A stretch of 64,000 bases of DNA from Acidobacteriota bacterium (GTDB lineage: Bacteria > Acidobacteriota > UBA890 > WLXD01). The DNA is taken from the NCBI GenBank assembly GCA_965248695.1, contig CBDFKD010000002.1, positions 3,104,001 to 3,168,000 of the forward strand, given 5' to 3'. Position numbers and translations under genes: made by a program. The stretch's first letter is position 1. The number at the start of each line of letters is the position of its first letter. This document shows, piece by piece, positions 49,260 to 58,058 of this stretch. Under the pieces are notes generated by a model. The model did not search any database. It was not told where the DNA came from and was given only the letters and a program-made list of their open reading frames with translations.

Positions 49260-51632
49260 GTGCTCGTTCCCGAATCGACTCAAGAACCTGTTCTGGATGA
49301 GCTGCTGCGCTGTCTGTCAGTGGCACCGCCGGAGTTCAGCTCGGTTGACGCTACGGCGATCGCGGCCGAAGCCTTCGGGTTCGCGGGAGAAGCTGAATCG
49401 CTCGGTGGGGAACGCGATCAGAACTTCTTGCTCACCGGTGTCGATGATCGGCGCGTCCTCAAGATTGGCAACCGGGCGGATTCGACCGCGCTGATCGACC
49501 TCCAGTGCACGGTTCTGCAGCGGCTCGCAGCGCTGGCGCCGGAGCTGCCCGTGCCACGTTTGTTCGAGGCCAACACGGGCGCCCCCCGGATCGATGTGCT
49601 CGACGACCAGGGCCGCTCGCACCACGTCCGATTGCTCAGCTACTTGCCGGGCATGCTGGTCGGGGACGCACCCGACGATCCGCGGCTAATGCACCAGTTG
49701 GGCGCCGTCACGGCCAAGATCGACGTCGGCCTGCGCGGGCTGTTTCATACTGCCGCGGACCATCCGCTAGCCTGGGATATCAAGCGGGCAGGCCGGATCG
49801 GCGAGCTGGCGGGCGGAATTGCCGATGACCGACATCGGGCGTTGGCAGAAGCTGCGTTCGAGGCCTTCGATCGCACCGCGGCGCCGCGGCTGAACAGCTT
49901 GCGCGCCCAGATCATTCACAACGACGTCTCGTTCCATAACGCGCTGGTTGATCCCGATCGCCCCTGGAGCGTCGCCGGTGTCTACGACTTCGGCGACGTG
50001 ATCTACGCCCCGCTGATTCAGGATCTCGCCATCGCGGCGGCGGAGATCCCGGCCAGCCGTAAGGGCGAGCTAGCGCTGAGTGCGCGGATCGTCGCGGGGT
50101 ATCACTCGGTCACGCCGTTGGAGCCGATCGAGATCGAGCTGCTGCCGGTACTGGCAGCCACCCGGCTGGCGATGTGGCTCGCGATCGATTCGTGGAAGCC
50201 GTTCCCGGATGAGCGCGATCACTACGACGACTCCGAAGAGGAACTCGCCCGCTCACTCGAGGTCATGCAGGCCGCTGGTCATGAAGAAGTAGCGCATCTG
50301 TATCGAAGCGCCTGCGGGACGTCCCCGACGACGATGACGGTGCCGGAGGAGATGGACACGACGGCTTTGCAGCAGCGACGGGCTGCACGCCTCGGCAGCG
50401 GCTACGAGCTGTCGTACGAGACACCGGTCCACACGGTGCGCGGAGAGGGTGTGTGGCTGTACGGCCCTGACGAGACCGCCTATCTGGACTGCTACAACAA
50501 TGTCCCGCAGGTGGGGCACTGCCATCCGAGCGTGGTGAGCGCAATCGCACGTCAGGCGGCGACGCTGAACACCAACACGCGCTACTTGTACGAGCAGATT
50601 GTCGCGTTCGGCGATCGATTGGTGGCGACGCTGCCCGATGAGCTCGAAGTGTGCATGCTGGTTTCGTCGGGGAGCGAGGCCAACGACCTGGCGTGGCGCA
50701 TCGCCACCACCTGTACTGGGCACAGCGGAGCCCTGGTAACACGCAACGCGTATCACGGTGTGACCCAGGTCACTCACGATCTGTCACCTTCGGGCCGCGA
50801 CGATGATCTGGCCGCCTATGTCGAGACCATCGAGCCGCCCGACGATTACCGCGGTCGATGGCGTAGAGACGACCCGGATCGCGGCGCGAAGTTCGCCGCC
50901 GACGCCGATACGGCCATCGATCGCCTGGGTGCCAAGGGTCACGAGCCCGCGATGTTCCTCGTTGACACGGCCCTCAGCAGCGACGGGATCTTGGAAATCC
51001 CGGCCGGGTTCCTGTCGGGTGTCTTCGACCGGGTGCGCGCTGCCGGGGGCCTGTGCGTTGCCGACGAGGTCCAAGCGGGTTTCGGGCGCACCGGAAAGCA
51101 CATGTGGGGCTTCGAGGTAGACGGTGTGGTCCCCGACATCGTCACGCTCGGCAAGCCAATCGGCAACGGTCACCCCATTGGCGCGGTGGTGACGCGGCGA
51201 GAGCTGGCAGAGGAGTTCCAGAATACCAGCGACTTCTTCAGCACCACTGGCGGCAACCCGGTGTCGTGCGCCGCGGCGACGGCCGTCTTGGATGTGATCG
51301 AGGACGAAGAGCTGCAGGAGAACGCTCAGCGCGTCGGCGCCGAGTTGCGCACGGCCTTGGAAGAACTGGCGCAGCGTCACGCGGTGATCGGAGACGTACG
51401 CGGCGCGGGGCTGTTCATCGGTGTGGAGCTGGTGCTCGACCGAAGCACACAAGAGCCGGCGCCGATGGAAACACATCGGGTGGTGAACCAGCTGCGCGAG
51501 CGCGGCGTGCTGGTCGGACGCGAAGGTCCGCACGGCAACGTGCTGAAGATCCGTCCCCCGATCGTCTTCGCATCAAGTCACGTCAAGCAACTGGTGGCGA
51601 CGCTCGATGCGGTCCTCGATTCGATGGCCTGA
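49260..51632 (+). CDS. Fusion of an APH/hydroxylysine-kinase-like phosphotransferase and a class III aminotransferase/phospho-lyase
   Basis: GERDQNF, IHNDVSFHN, YDFGD; then YLDCYNNV, SGSEAND, DEVQAGFGRTG, TLGKPIGNG. Confidence 0.92.
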   Translation: MLVPESTQEPVLDELLRCLSVAPPEFSSVDATAIAAEAFGFAGEAESLGGERDQNFLLTGVDDRRVLKIGNRADSTALIDLQCTVLQRLAALAPELPVPRLFEANTGAPRIDVLDDQGRSHHVRLLSYLPGMLVGDAPDDPRLMHQLGAVTAKIDVGLRGLFHTAADHPLAWDIKRAGRIGELAGGIADDRHRALAEAAFEAFDRTAAPRLNSLRAQIIHNDVSFHNALVDPDRPWSVAGVYDFGDVIYAPLIQDLAIAAAEIPASRKGELALSARIVAGYHSVTPLEPIEIELLPVLAATRLAMWLAIDSWKPFPDERDHYDDSEEELARSLEVMQAAGHEEVAHLYRSACGTSPTTMTVPEEMDTTALQQRRAARLGSGYELSYETPVHTVRGEGVWLYGPDETAYLDCYNNVPQVGHCHPSVVSAIARQAATLNTNTRYLYEQIVAFGDRLVATLPDELEVCMLVSSGSEANDLAWRIATTCTGHSGALVTRNAYHGVTQVTHDLSPSGRDDDLAAYVETIEPPDDYRGRWRRDDPDRGAKFAADADTAIDRLGAKGHEPAMFLVDTALSSDGILEIPAGFLSGVFDRVRAAGGLCVADEVQAGFGRTGKHMWGFEVDGVVPDIVTLGKPIGNGHPIGAVVTRRELAEEFQNTSDFFSTTGGNPVSCAAATAVLDVIEDEELQENAQRVGAELRTALEELAQRHAVIGDVRGAGLFIGVELVLDRSTQEPAPMETHRVVNQLRERGVLVGREGPHGNVLKIRPPIVFASSHVKQLVATLDAVLDSMA

Positions 51633-51806
51633 GCATCTCGGGTTTGTCGCTCTCGGCAGCCTTGCGCCGCATCTGGTTGATATGCCAGGGTCCGGCATCG
51701 ATGGGCTGAGAACTCTAGAGAGAGTCTCGCGCGAGGTCAGAGTACCGGTGCGCGATCAACCCGTGGACACCCGCACGGGGTGAATCATCTGATCGGAGGC
51801 AAGCGA

Positions 51807-52496
51807 ATGAGCCGCAAGCAACTCGCAAAGTTCTTGGTGATCGGACTGGCAGTGCTGGCGGTGGCGGTCCAGATCACGGCAGTTCGGGCGATCGCGCAGC
51901 AGGAGGAAGAGCCGGAATCGATGGGTTTCTTCATCACCAGCGTTGGTCCAGGCAATGGCGCCAACCTCGGAGGCCTGTCGGGAGCGGATGCTCATTGCCA
52001 GTCGCTCGCCGAGGCAGTGGGCGCCGACAACCGAACCTGGAGGGCGTACCTGAGCGCCCAGGCGGCGGGCGGCCAGCCGGCCGTGAACGCACGTGACCGG
52101 ATCGGCGTCGGGCCCTGGGCCAACTCCGAGGGGCTCGTGATCGCGACCGATGTCGACGAGCTGCACTACAACAATTCCGCCATCCGCTACGAGTACGCGC
52201 TCAACGAGCGCGGCGAGCGGGTGAACTCCGGGGCGTCGGGCGACTCACCGAGCATGCACGACATCCTGACCGGGTCGGGGCTCTACGGCACCGCCTTTCC
52301 GCCCGGTGAGGATCGCACCTGCGGCAACTGGACAAGCAGCGGCGAGGGCAGCGCGATGCTGGGACATCACGACCGCTTCCGCTTCACCACGCCGGGTAGC
52401 CCGTGGAACATGGCGCATCCGTCGCGCGGCTGCAGCCAGGAGGATCTGGTGGCTACCGGAGGAAACGGGCTCTTCTACTGCTTTGCCGCTGAGTAG
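51807..52496 (+). CDS. Exported lectin/endostatin-like domain protein
   Basis: FFITS, NLGGLSGADAHCQ, WRAYLS, HDILTGS, TCGNWTS, GLFYCFA. Confidence 0.8.
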   Translation: MSRKQLAKFLVIGLAVLAVAVQITAVRAIAQQEEEPESMGFFITSVGPGNGANLGGLSGADAHCQSLAEAVGADNRTWRAYLSAQAAGGQPAVNARDRIGVGPWANSEGLVIATDVDELHYNNSAIRYEYALNERGERVNSGASGDSPSMHDILTGSGLYGTAFPPGEDRTCGNWTSSGEGSAMLGHHDRFRFTTPGSPWNMAHPSRGCSQEDLVATGGNGLFYCFAAE

Positions 52497-53203
52497 ACCG
52501 GGTGTCCCCGTACAAGGGCCTGAGCGCGATCAGCGACGCGTCGACGCGTGAACTCGAAGCCCTCTACGATGACTGGGCGAGTGATTACGATGCCGACCTC
52601 ACCGCCTGGGGCTATCGAGCGCCAGCCGCCGTCGCCGCCCGGCTGGCCGCCCGTGAGATCGAATCGAGTCGAACCATGCTGGATGTCGGTTGTGGCACCG
52701 GGCAGTCGGGGGCGGCCCTTCGCGCGGCGGGGTTCACGAACCTCGTAGGTATCGACCTGTCGCGACCCTCCCTTGCACGGGCGCGGGCGCGTGGCGTCTA
52801 TCGGAGCCTGAGCTGCGTTGACCTGACTCGATCCTTGCCATTCGCCGACCATCGGTTCGAGGCCGTGGCCAGCGCGGGTGTGTTCACCCACGTACTGGAT
52901 GGCCACCAGCTTCTGACCGAGCTGCTCCGGGTCGTCCGCCCAGGCGGGTCCATTGTCTTCAGCCAGCGCGATGATCTGTGGCTCGAGCGCGCGTACGAGG
53001 ATCTGCTCTCTGGTCTCGAACGCCAGGGACGCTGTTCCGTCAGCTGGTCGGAACCGGAGCCCTACGTCCCCGGCCACCCGGAGTACGGTGACAAGATCCA
53101 GGCGATCTATGTTGAGATGGAAGCGATCGCCTGAAGGCCACGGCCCGGTGCCCGGGTAAGCTTGTCCGCTCGGACGGGCTCCACCACTGCTTTGCCGCTG
53201 AGT
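52465..53203 (+). repeat. 30-bp imperfect direct repeats (52465-52494 and 53174-53203) flanking the methyltransferase
   Basis: ACGGGCTCTTCTACTGCTTTGCCGCTGAGT vs ACGGGCTCCACCACTGCTTTGCCGCTGAGT, 27/30 identical. Confidence 0.8.
52502..53134 (+). CDS. Class I SAM-dependent methyltransferase
   Basis: LYDDWASDYD, LDVGCGTG, GIDLS, ELLRVVRPGG. Confidence 0.92.
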   Translation: MSPYKGLSAISDASTRELEALYDDWASDYDADLTAWGYRAPAAVAARLAAREIESSRTMLDVGCGTGQSGAALRAAGFTNLVGIDLSRPSLARARARGVYRSLSCVDLTRSLPFADHRFEAVASAGVFTHVLDGHQLLTELLRVVRPGGSIVFSQRDDLWLERAYEDLLSGLERQGRCSVSWSEPEPYVPGHPEYGDKIQAIYVEMEAIA

Positions 53204-53352
53204 GAACGAATCGACATAGAGCGGCAAACGGCTGTTCAGCAATTCCTAAGGAGATCGTCAGGACTCTCTTCAGACCGGCACCTACGTTACCCGCGTCCAT
53301 TGAAGACCGGCTGGGTGCAACGCCGCTCCCGGCCATAGCGGGGAGAGTGTCG

Positions 53353-53796
53353 ATGACACGATCACGTCCGAGAATCCCGAGCGCTGTCCACCGAGAGCCG
53401 ACGGCTCTCATACTCCTGCTTGCATTGCTCCCGCACGTCGCTGGATGCGCCAGCACGAGAGTGGCCAGAGTCGACCCGGCCGCGGCGACGAAGGATCAGC
53501 TCCGCGAGATCTATGGGGTCACCACGGTCAACAACGACGAGGTGCCGTTCGTGCGGCCCGGGGAGGTCAAAGACGAGACGGTCCTCGGCAACGTTGCGAT
53601 CGCCTCGTCGGGCAATCGCACGGTTGCGCGACCGTACGAGATTCCCTTGTCGGAGGTGGCACTCCTGTGGCTCGAGGACGCCGAGTCAGCTTCTGGCAGC
53701 TCGATCAGCCCGTTGGCCGCGGGAGCTATCTTGGCTGCAGTCCTTCTCACGTTAGGGCTGCTGAGCTTCGAGATCGACCTGGGGCAATCGAAGTGA
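53353..53796 (+). CDS. Hypothetical lipoprotein with C-terminal TM segment
   Basis: Lipobox VAGC, C-terminal hydrophobic helix. Confidence 0.6.
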   Translation: MTRSRPRIPSAVHREPTALILLLALLPHVAGCASTRVARVDPAAATKDQLREIYGVTTVNNDEVPFVRPGEVKDETVLGNVAIASSGNRTVARPYEIPLSEVALLWLEDAESASGSSISPLAAGAILAAVLLTLGLLSFEIDLGQSK

Positions 53797-53871
53797 CATG
53801 GCGGGTTCTAGTGCGGCGGTTATACCGAGACGGCGCGGCTGAGGCCGACCTCGTGTGTCACGCGCGTGCCC

Positions 53872-55497
53872 CTACGGAGGCCGGATCTCGTCCAGGTCGA
53901 CGGTCATCAGCACACCGGTCAGCTGCGTCATCGTGTGTGCTTGGGCCTCGAACAGCTCCTTGTTCCAGCGCTCGATGCCGGACGCAGTCGTCCAGTAGAG
54001 GCCGAGAAACCCGCCGAGGCCGAAGCCGGGCAGGTCGAGGCACTGCCGGCAGTCGCGTAGCGCGCGGGATCCAACACCCCACCACACCTGTTGCAGGCCG
54101 CCGTTGATGCCTGGGCGCTCGGGTGCCACCACCTGCACTCGCTCCCATCCGTGTTCTTGGGCGGCAGCGATGGCGGCGTCGATGAGCACCGGGTTGTTGC
54201 GCGACCAGAGGTACGACTGCTCGGCGAGCCCGACCGGCTCCACAACACCGTCAACCTCACGGTAGTCCATCTCGCCCATGTGCTCGGTCTGGATGAGGCC
54301 CACCAGAGGCTCCTTCGCCTCGGGGTTGCGCACCAGCCAGCTGACATCGTGGGAGGCGCGCTCCTGCCCCGGGTAGTAGTGGCGGTTGTCGAGGAAGACG
54401 GTGAGGGTGCGCGGCCGGTGCTGCTGCGAGATGTTGGAGAAGTACTTGACGATCGCCAACAGCCCTAGGGCGCCGTTGTCCTGGGTGATCGACGGTCCGT
54501 CGGTGTGGTTGATCAGCAGTATCTGCTCGTCGGCGAGGGTGCCGTAGTCGCGACCCGGAAGGTAGGCGATCGTCTGGTAGGCCTCGGACTCCTCGACCGT
54601 GGCCTCGAGCCGCAGGGTCGCGGTCTTGCCCGCCTTAGCGTCGGCGATCACCTTGGCACCGTCCTCGCGGCTCAGCTGCAGCCCGGGTAGCTGGTACAGG
54701 GGCGGTATCGGCCGCGCCAGCAGTCCCTCGGTGCGTTCGAAGGCCATGTCGTAGACGATCACATGGCCCGCGGCACCGCCGTCCCTGGCGATCTCCCAGA
54801 GGCGCTGCCGCAGCTGCCACCAGATGTCGAAGGTGATGGAGAACTCCGGCGGCACAAACTCGAACAGCTCCCAGTAGGTGTCGTCGTCAGCGCGCCACTC
54901 ATAGTCGTTGAAGGTGAAGTTGACGATGTAGTTGTCGTCGTACGGGGGCTCGGGGTGCGGCCGCGTCGGGATCACCACGATCTTGCCCTCGATCGACTCC
55001 GGCGGATCGTCGTGGTCGTAGTAGACCAGCTCCGCTGTGATGCCCTCCGGGCCCGTGCTGCCGGAGTTCATGGCGTAGTGGGCCACGCGTACCGGGTCTC
55101 CGTCCGATACCAGCGACCAGCCGCTGCTGTCCCTGGTAGTCGACCAACGGTCGTACATCCAACTATTGCGGTGCATATCGACGACGCCGTACTCCAGCAG
55201 CTTGGCCTCCAGGAACCGGACGTAGTTGTTCCACTTGGGGCTACCGGTCATCGCTGGCAGGTTGGCGTCCTTCACCAGCGCCCACTCGTAGCCTTCGTCG
55301 GCGGTCACTGCCCACGCCAGGTCGACGCTGGTGAACTTGTCTTCGTACGGGCTCCCGGCCGCGCTGCAGCCGACGAGCGGCGACATGGCAAGCGCGATAG
55401 CCAGAGCCGGTACGAACACGTAGGGAAGTCCGGATCTCGGCGGGCTCAGGCGCTGATCAGGCGTCGGATTGGACACGGGATTCGAATGCGCCTCCAT
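53872..55497 (-). CDS. PA-domain lipoprotein with divergent M28/Zn-peptidase-like fold
   Basis: Lipobox LVGC, GITAELVY...GKIVV PA-like region, INHTDG, QDNGALG, EHMG. Confidence 0.65.
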   Translation of the reverse strand: MEAHSNPVSNPTPDQRLSPPRSGLPYVFVPALAIALAMSPLVGCSAAGSPYEDKFTSVDLAWAVTADEGYEWALVKDANLPAMTGSPKWNNYVRFLEAKLLEYGVVDMHRNSWMYDRWSTTRDSSGWSLVSDGDPVRVAHYAMNSGSTGPEGITAELVYYDHDDPPESIEGKIVVIPTRPHPEPPYDDNYIVNFTFNDYEWRADDDTYWELFEFVPPEFSITFDIWWQLRQRLWEIARDGGAAGHVIVYDMAFERTEGLLARPIPPLYQLPGLQLSREDGAKVIADAKAGKTATLRLEATVEESEAYQTIAYLPGRDYGTLADEQILLINHTDGPSITQDNGALGLLAIVKYFSNISQQHRPRTLTVFLDNRHYYPGQERASHDVSWLVRNPEAKEPLVGLIQTEHMGEMDYREVDGVVEPVGLAEQSYLWSRNNPVLIDAAIAAAQEHGWERVQVVAPERPGINGGLQQVWWGVGSRALRDCRQCLDLPGFGLGGFLGLYWTTASGIERWNKELFEAQAHTMTQLTGVLMTVDLDEIRPP

Positions 55498-55529
55498 GCG
55501 CTCCTGTCTCGGTGCGGAGTAGGGTTTCC

Positions 55530-56009
55530 TCAGCGGCTATCCGATCTGGAGGAGGAGGTGTGGCCGCCCACGATTCGCCAGCCGGTCGACCCCTTCTCGA
55601 GCACGAACGAGATCATGCCGCCGAATTCGTAGGCCGACGGGCCTTCCCCGATCACCGTGCGGAACCCCATGGACGCGCTGGCGCCAGACGCGCCGACCGG
55701 AGCGATCACGGTGCGATCGTACTCGGCGTGGATCACGAGGTCGCCCGACAGTGCGCCAAGCGCTGCTACGACTTCGTCGGGTGAGCGGTATCGGACGCTG
55801 CCGTCCTCGATCCACTGGAAGCGGCCATCGTCGACGTACATGGCTCGCAGTGCCGTCGTGTCGCGCGTCTCGATCGCCAGACGATAGGACTCCAGGAATC
55901 GCGTCAGTTGGTCGTCGATACCGTCGGTGATGGGCCGCGGCGCTTCCTCTATGTTGCCGCAGGCCAGAATACCGAGGACGAGAGCGGCCGGGAGCATCTT
56001 CTTAGTCAT
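55530..56009 (-). CDS. NTF2/SnoaL-like lipoprotein
   Basis: Lipobox ILAC, YRLAIETRD...LRAMY, GWRIVGGHTS. Confidence 0.8.
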   Translation of the reverse strand: MTKKMLPAALVLGILACGNIEEAPRPITDGIDDQLTRFLESYRLAIETRDTTALRAMYVDDGRFQWIEDGSVRYRSPDEVVAALGALSGDLVIHAEYDRTVIAPVGASGASASMGFRTVIGEGPSAYEFGGMISFVLEKGSTGWRIVGGHTSSSRSDSR

Positions 56010-56282
56010 GTGGGGTCCTCGCCCGGGCGCACTCGCCATCTGGCTGGCACGACCACCGAGCCTGGGGTCCCCGCATAGTCCATGAACCTGTGGGCCATTG
56101 CAAAGAACCCGTCCGCGCGGACGTCGCCGTCGAGGCAATCCTTCGCATCGTCGGCGAGAGCCAGCCCTGACGGAGGCGCCTCGTATTCGACCTCACGCCG
56201 CGCACCTGCCGCAGACTGTCGTTCCAAGCGCTCGACGTGGGATGAACCCAGACGAAGTGTCGACGCCCGGCGAGCTTGTGGT

Positions 56283-56318
56283 TTAGTCTAGGCTAACTTC
56301 TGGATTAGCCTTGATAAA
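56283..56318. promoter_or_regulatory. Tandem DtxR/MntR-like operator boxes
   Basis: TTAGTCTAGGCTAA (56283-56296, 12/14 palindromic) and TTAGCCTTGATAAA (56305-56318), 22 bp apart in an AT-rich patch. Confidence 0.6.
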
Positions 56319-56427
56319 CTTACAAGAACCGATCTCGGCGCGGTGGGATCTGCCCAATGAAAACCAATGCCAGGAAACTGCCAGGAACTGAGCCTTCGCA
56401 GAACTCGAACTTTGGTCAGGGGACCTC

Positions 56428-57564
56428 ATGAGGATCCTTCGTGTCGGCCTCGTGCTGGCGCCGCTACTGCTTGCCGGAACGGCGTATGCGCAGGGCAACT
56501 CCAGCGCTAGTACGTCCCAGACAGGGCCGATCTCCGGCTACATGGAGATGCACTACAACCGGCCGATCGGCGATCCGTTCGCCCCGCCGATGCTGGACTT
56601 CCACCGCTTCGTCCTGTTGGTGTCGCATCGTTTCAGCGACCGCATCCATTTTTTTGGCGAGATCGAGCTCGAGCACAGCATCGTCGAGGGGCTGGAGGAG
56701 AAGGGCGAGCTCGAGCTGGAGCAGGCGTACGTCGATTTCCTGGTGACACCCGAGCTGAACTTTCGCGCCGGGATGATGCTGGCGCCCATGGGGATCATCA
56801 ACGAGCGCCACGAGCCGCCGACGTTCTATGGCGTCGAGCGGCCCTTCGTCGACACGTTCATCATTCCGACGACCTGGTTCGATGTCGGCGCCGGGATCCA
56901 CGGCACGATCGGCGGCAACCTTCGCTATCGCGCCTATGTCATGGCACCCCTCGATTCGGTCGAGTTCTCCGCCGAGGAGGGGTTCCGCGGCGCGGCGCAG
57001 AACGGCAGCAACGCGCAAGCCCGTCGTATGGCGATAACCGGACGCCTAGAGTACGTCGGGTTCCGTGGTCTGACGCTCGGCGCCAGCTTCTGGCAGGGCG
57101 ACAGCAGCGTCACCCTGGTGCGCCTCGAAACTCCCACCTCGATGATCGCCGCCGACGCGCGCTATCGGCGCGGGCGCTTCGAAGGTCGCGTTCAGTACGC
57201 TCACGGATTCGTGGGGAACGCGGCCGAGTTGAACGACGCGGTGTTCCGACTGACCGGCGTCGATCCCAACGTCGGGAGTCAGATTCGTGGGTTCTACCTC
57301 GAGGGGGCATACAGCGTCCTGCCGCGCGACTTCCCGCACGAGCTCGGTCTGTTCGTACGCTACGAGGACTTCGACACCCAGTTCCGCATGGACCAGGGCA
57401 ACGTGATGCTGCCCGAATTCGACCGCGACGCGTGGGTCGTCGGCGCCAACTACTGGCTGGACCCCGACGTGGTCTTGAAGGTCGACTACTCGCACGTACG
57501 ATCGCACAGCGACGTCCTTGGTGGACCGCGTTCGCTCAACCTCGGAATCGGATGGTGGTTCTGA
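56428..57564 (+). CDS. Outer-membrane porin (OprO/P-like fold)
   Basis: Signal peptide, SGYMEMHYN, EIELEH, LEQAYVDF, INERHEP, alternating beta strands, C-terminal LGIGWWF BAM motif. Confidence 0.85.
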   Translation: MRILRVGLVLAPLLLAGTAYAQGNSSASTSQTGPISGYMEMHYNRPIGDPFAPPMLDFHRFVLLVSHRFSDRIHFFGEIELEHSIVEGLEEKGELELEQAYVDFLVTPELNFRAGMMLAPMGIINERHEPPTFYGVERPFVDTFIIPTTWFDVGAGIHGTIGGNLRYRAYVMAPLDSVEFSAEEGFRGAAQNGSNAQARRMAITGRLEYVGFRGLTLGASFWQGDSSVTLVRLETPTSMIAADARYRRGRFEGRVQYAHGFVGNAAELNDAVFRLTGVDPNVGSQIRGFYLEGAYSVLPRDFPHELGLFVRYEDFDTQFRMDQGNVMLPEFDRDAWVVGANYWLDPDVVLKVDYSHVRSHSDVLGGPRSLNLGIGWWF

Positions 57565-58058
57565 TGAAGAGGCACGCCACGATGCGTTGTTCGGTGATCC
57601 TGTGTGGCGTCTTGCTCTGCGCGCCAGTGCAGCCGGGGCCAACCCACCCGACTCCAGATCAGCCGCCTCACGTCGAGCCGTTCCGCGCTCACCCGATCGC
57701 ACGGCAGGACGCAGCCGATCAGCCCGAGCCTGACCGAGTGGTCGAGATCGTCATCGAGCGTTTCCTGTTCACGCCCTCCAAGGTCACCATCGAGGCCGGC
57801 ACCACGGTGGAGTTCCGACTCACGAGCGAGGACACCGACCACGGGTTCCGCATCGTCGGCCCCGGAGACACCGACATCGACGTAGACATTCCGAAGCGCA
57901 ATCGCGGCACGGCGAGCGTGTACTTCGCGCCCACCGAGCCGGGCGAGTATCGCTTCGAGTGCTCGCGCATCTGCGGCGCCGGTCATCTCTACATGAGCGG
58001 CGTCATCGAGGTAACGGCGGCTTCCTCCGAGACCCCGGCGGAAAGAGGCTCCCGGTGA
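57564..58058 (+). CDS. Exported cupredoxin with a CuA-type ligand set
   Basis: FTPSKVTI, SEDTDHGF, ECSRICGAGHLYM (Cx3Cx3Hx2M); ATG overlaps the porin stop. Confidence 0.88.
   Translation: MKRHATMRCSVILCGVLLCAPVQPGPTHPTPDQPPHVEPFRAHPIARQDAADQPEPDRVVEIVIERFLFTPSKVTIEAGTTVEFRLTSEDTDHGFRIVGPGDTDIDVDIPKRNRGTASVYFAPTEPGEYRFECSRICGAGHLYMSGVIEVTAASSETPAERGSR

Noticed and set aside
53233-53250. TGTTCAGCAATTCCTAAG as an IS end remnant
   Set aside because: No partner inverted repeat or transposase fragment; the similarity is too short
56006-56227. Small minus-strand ORF upstream of the NTF2 gene
   Set aside because: No recognisable motif or ribosome-binding site; may be a remnant but is unsupported
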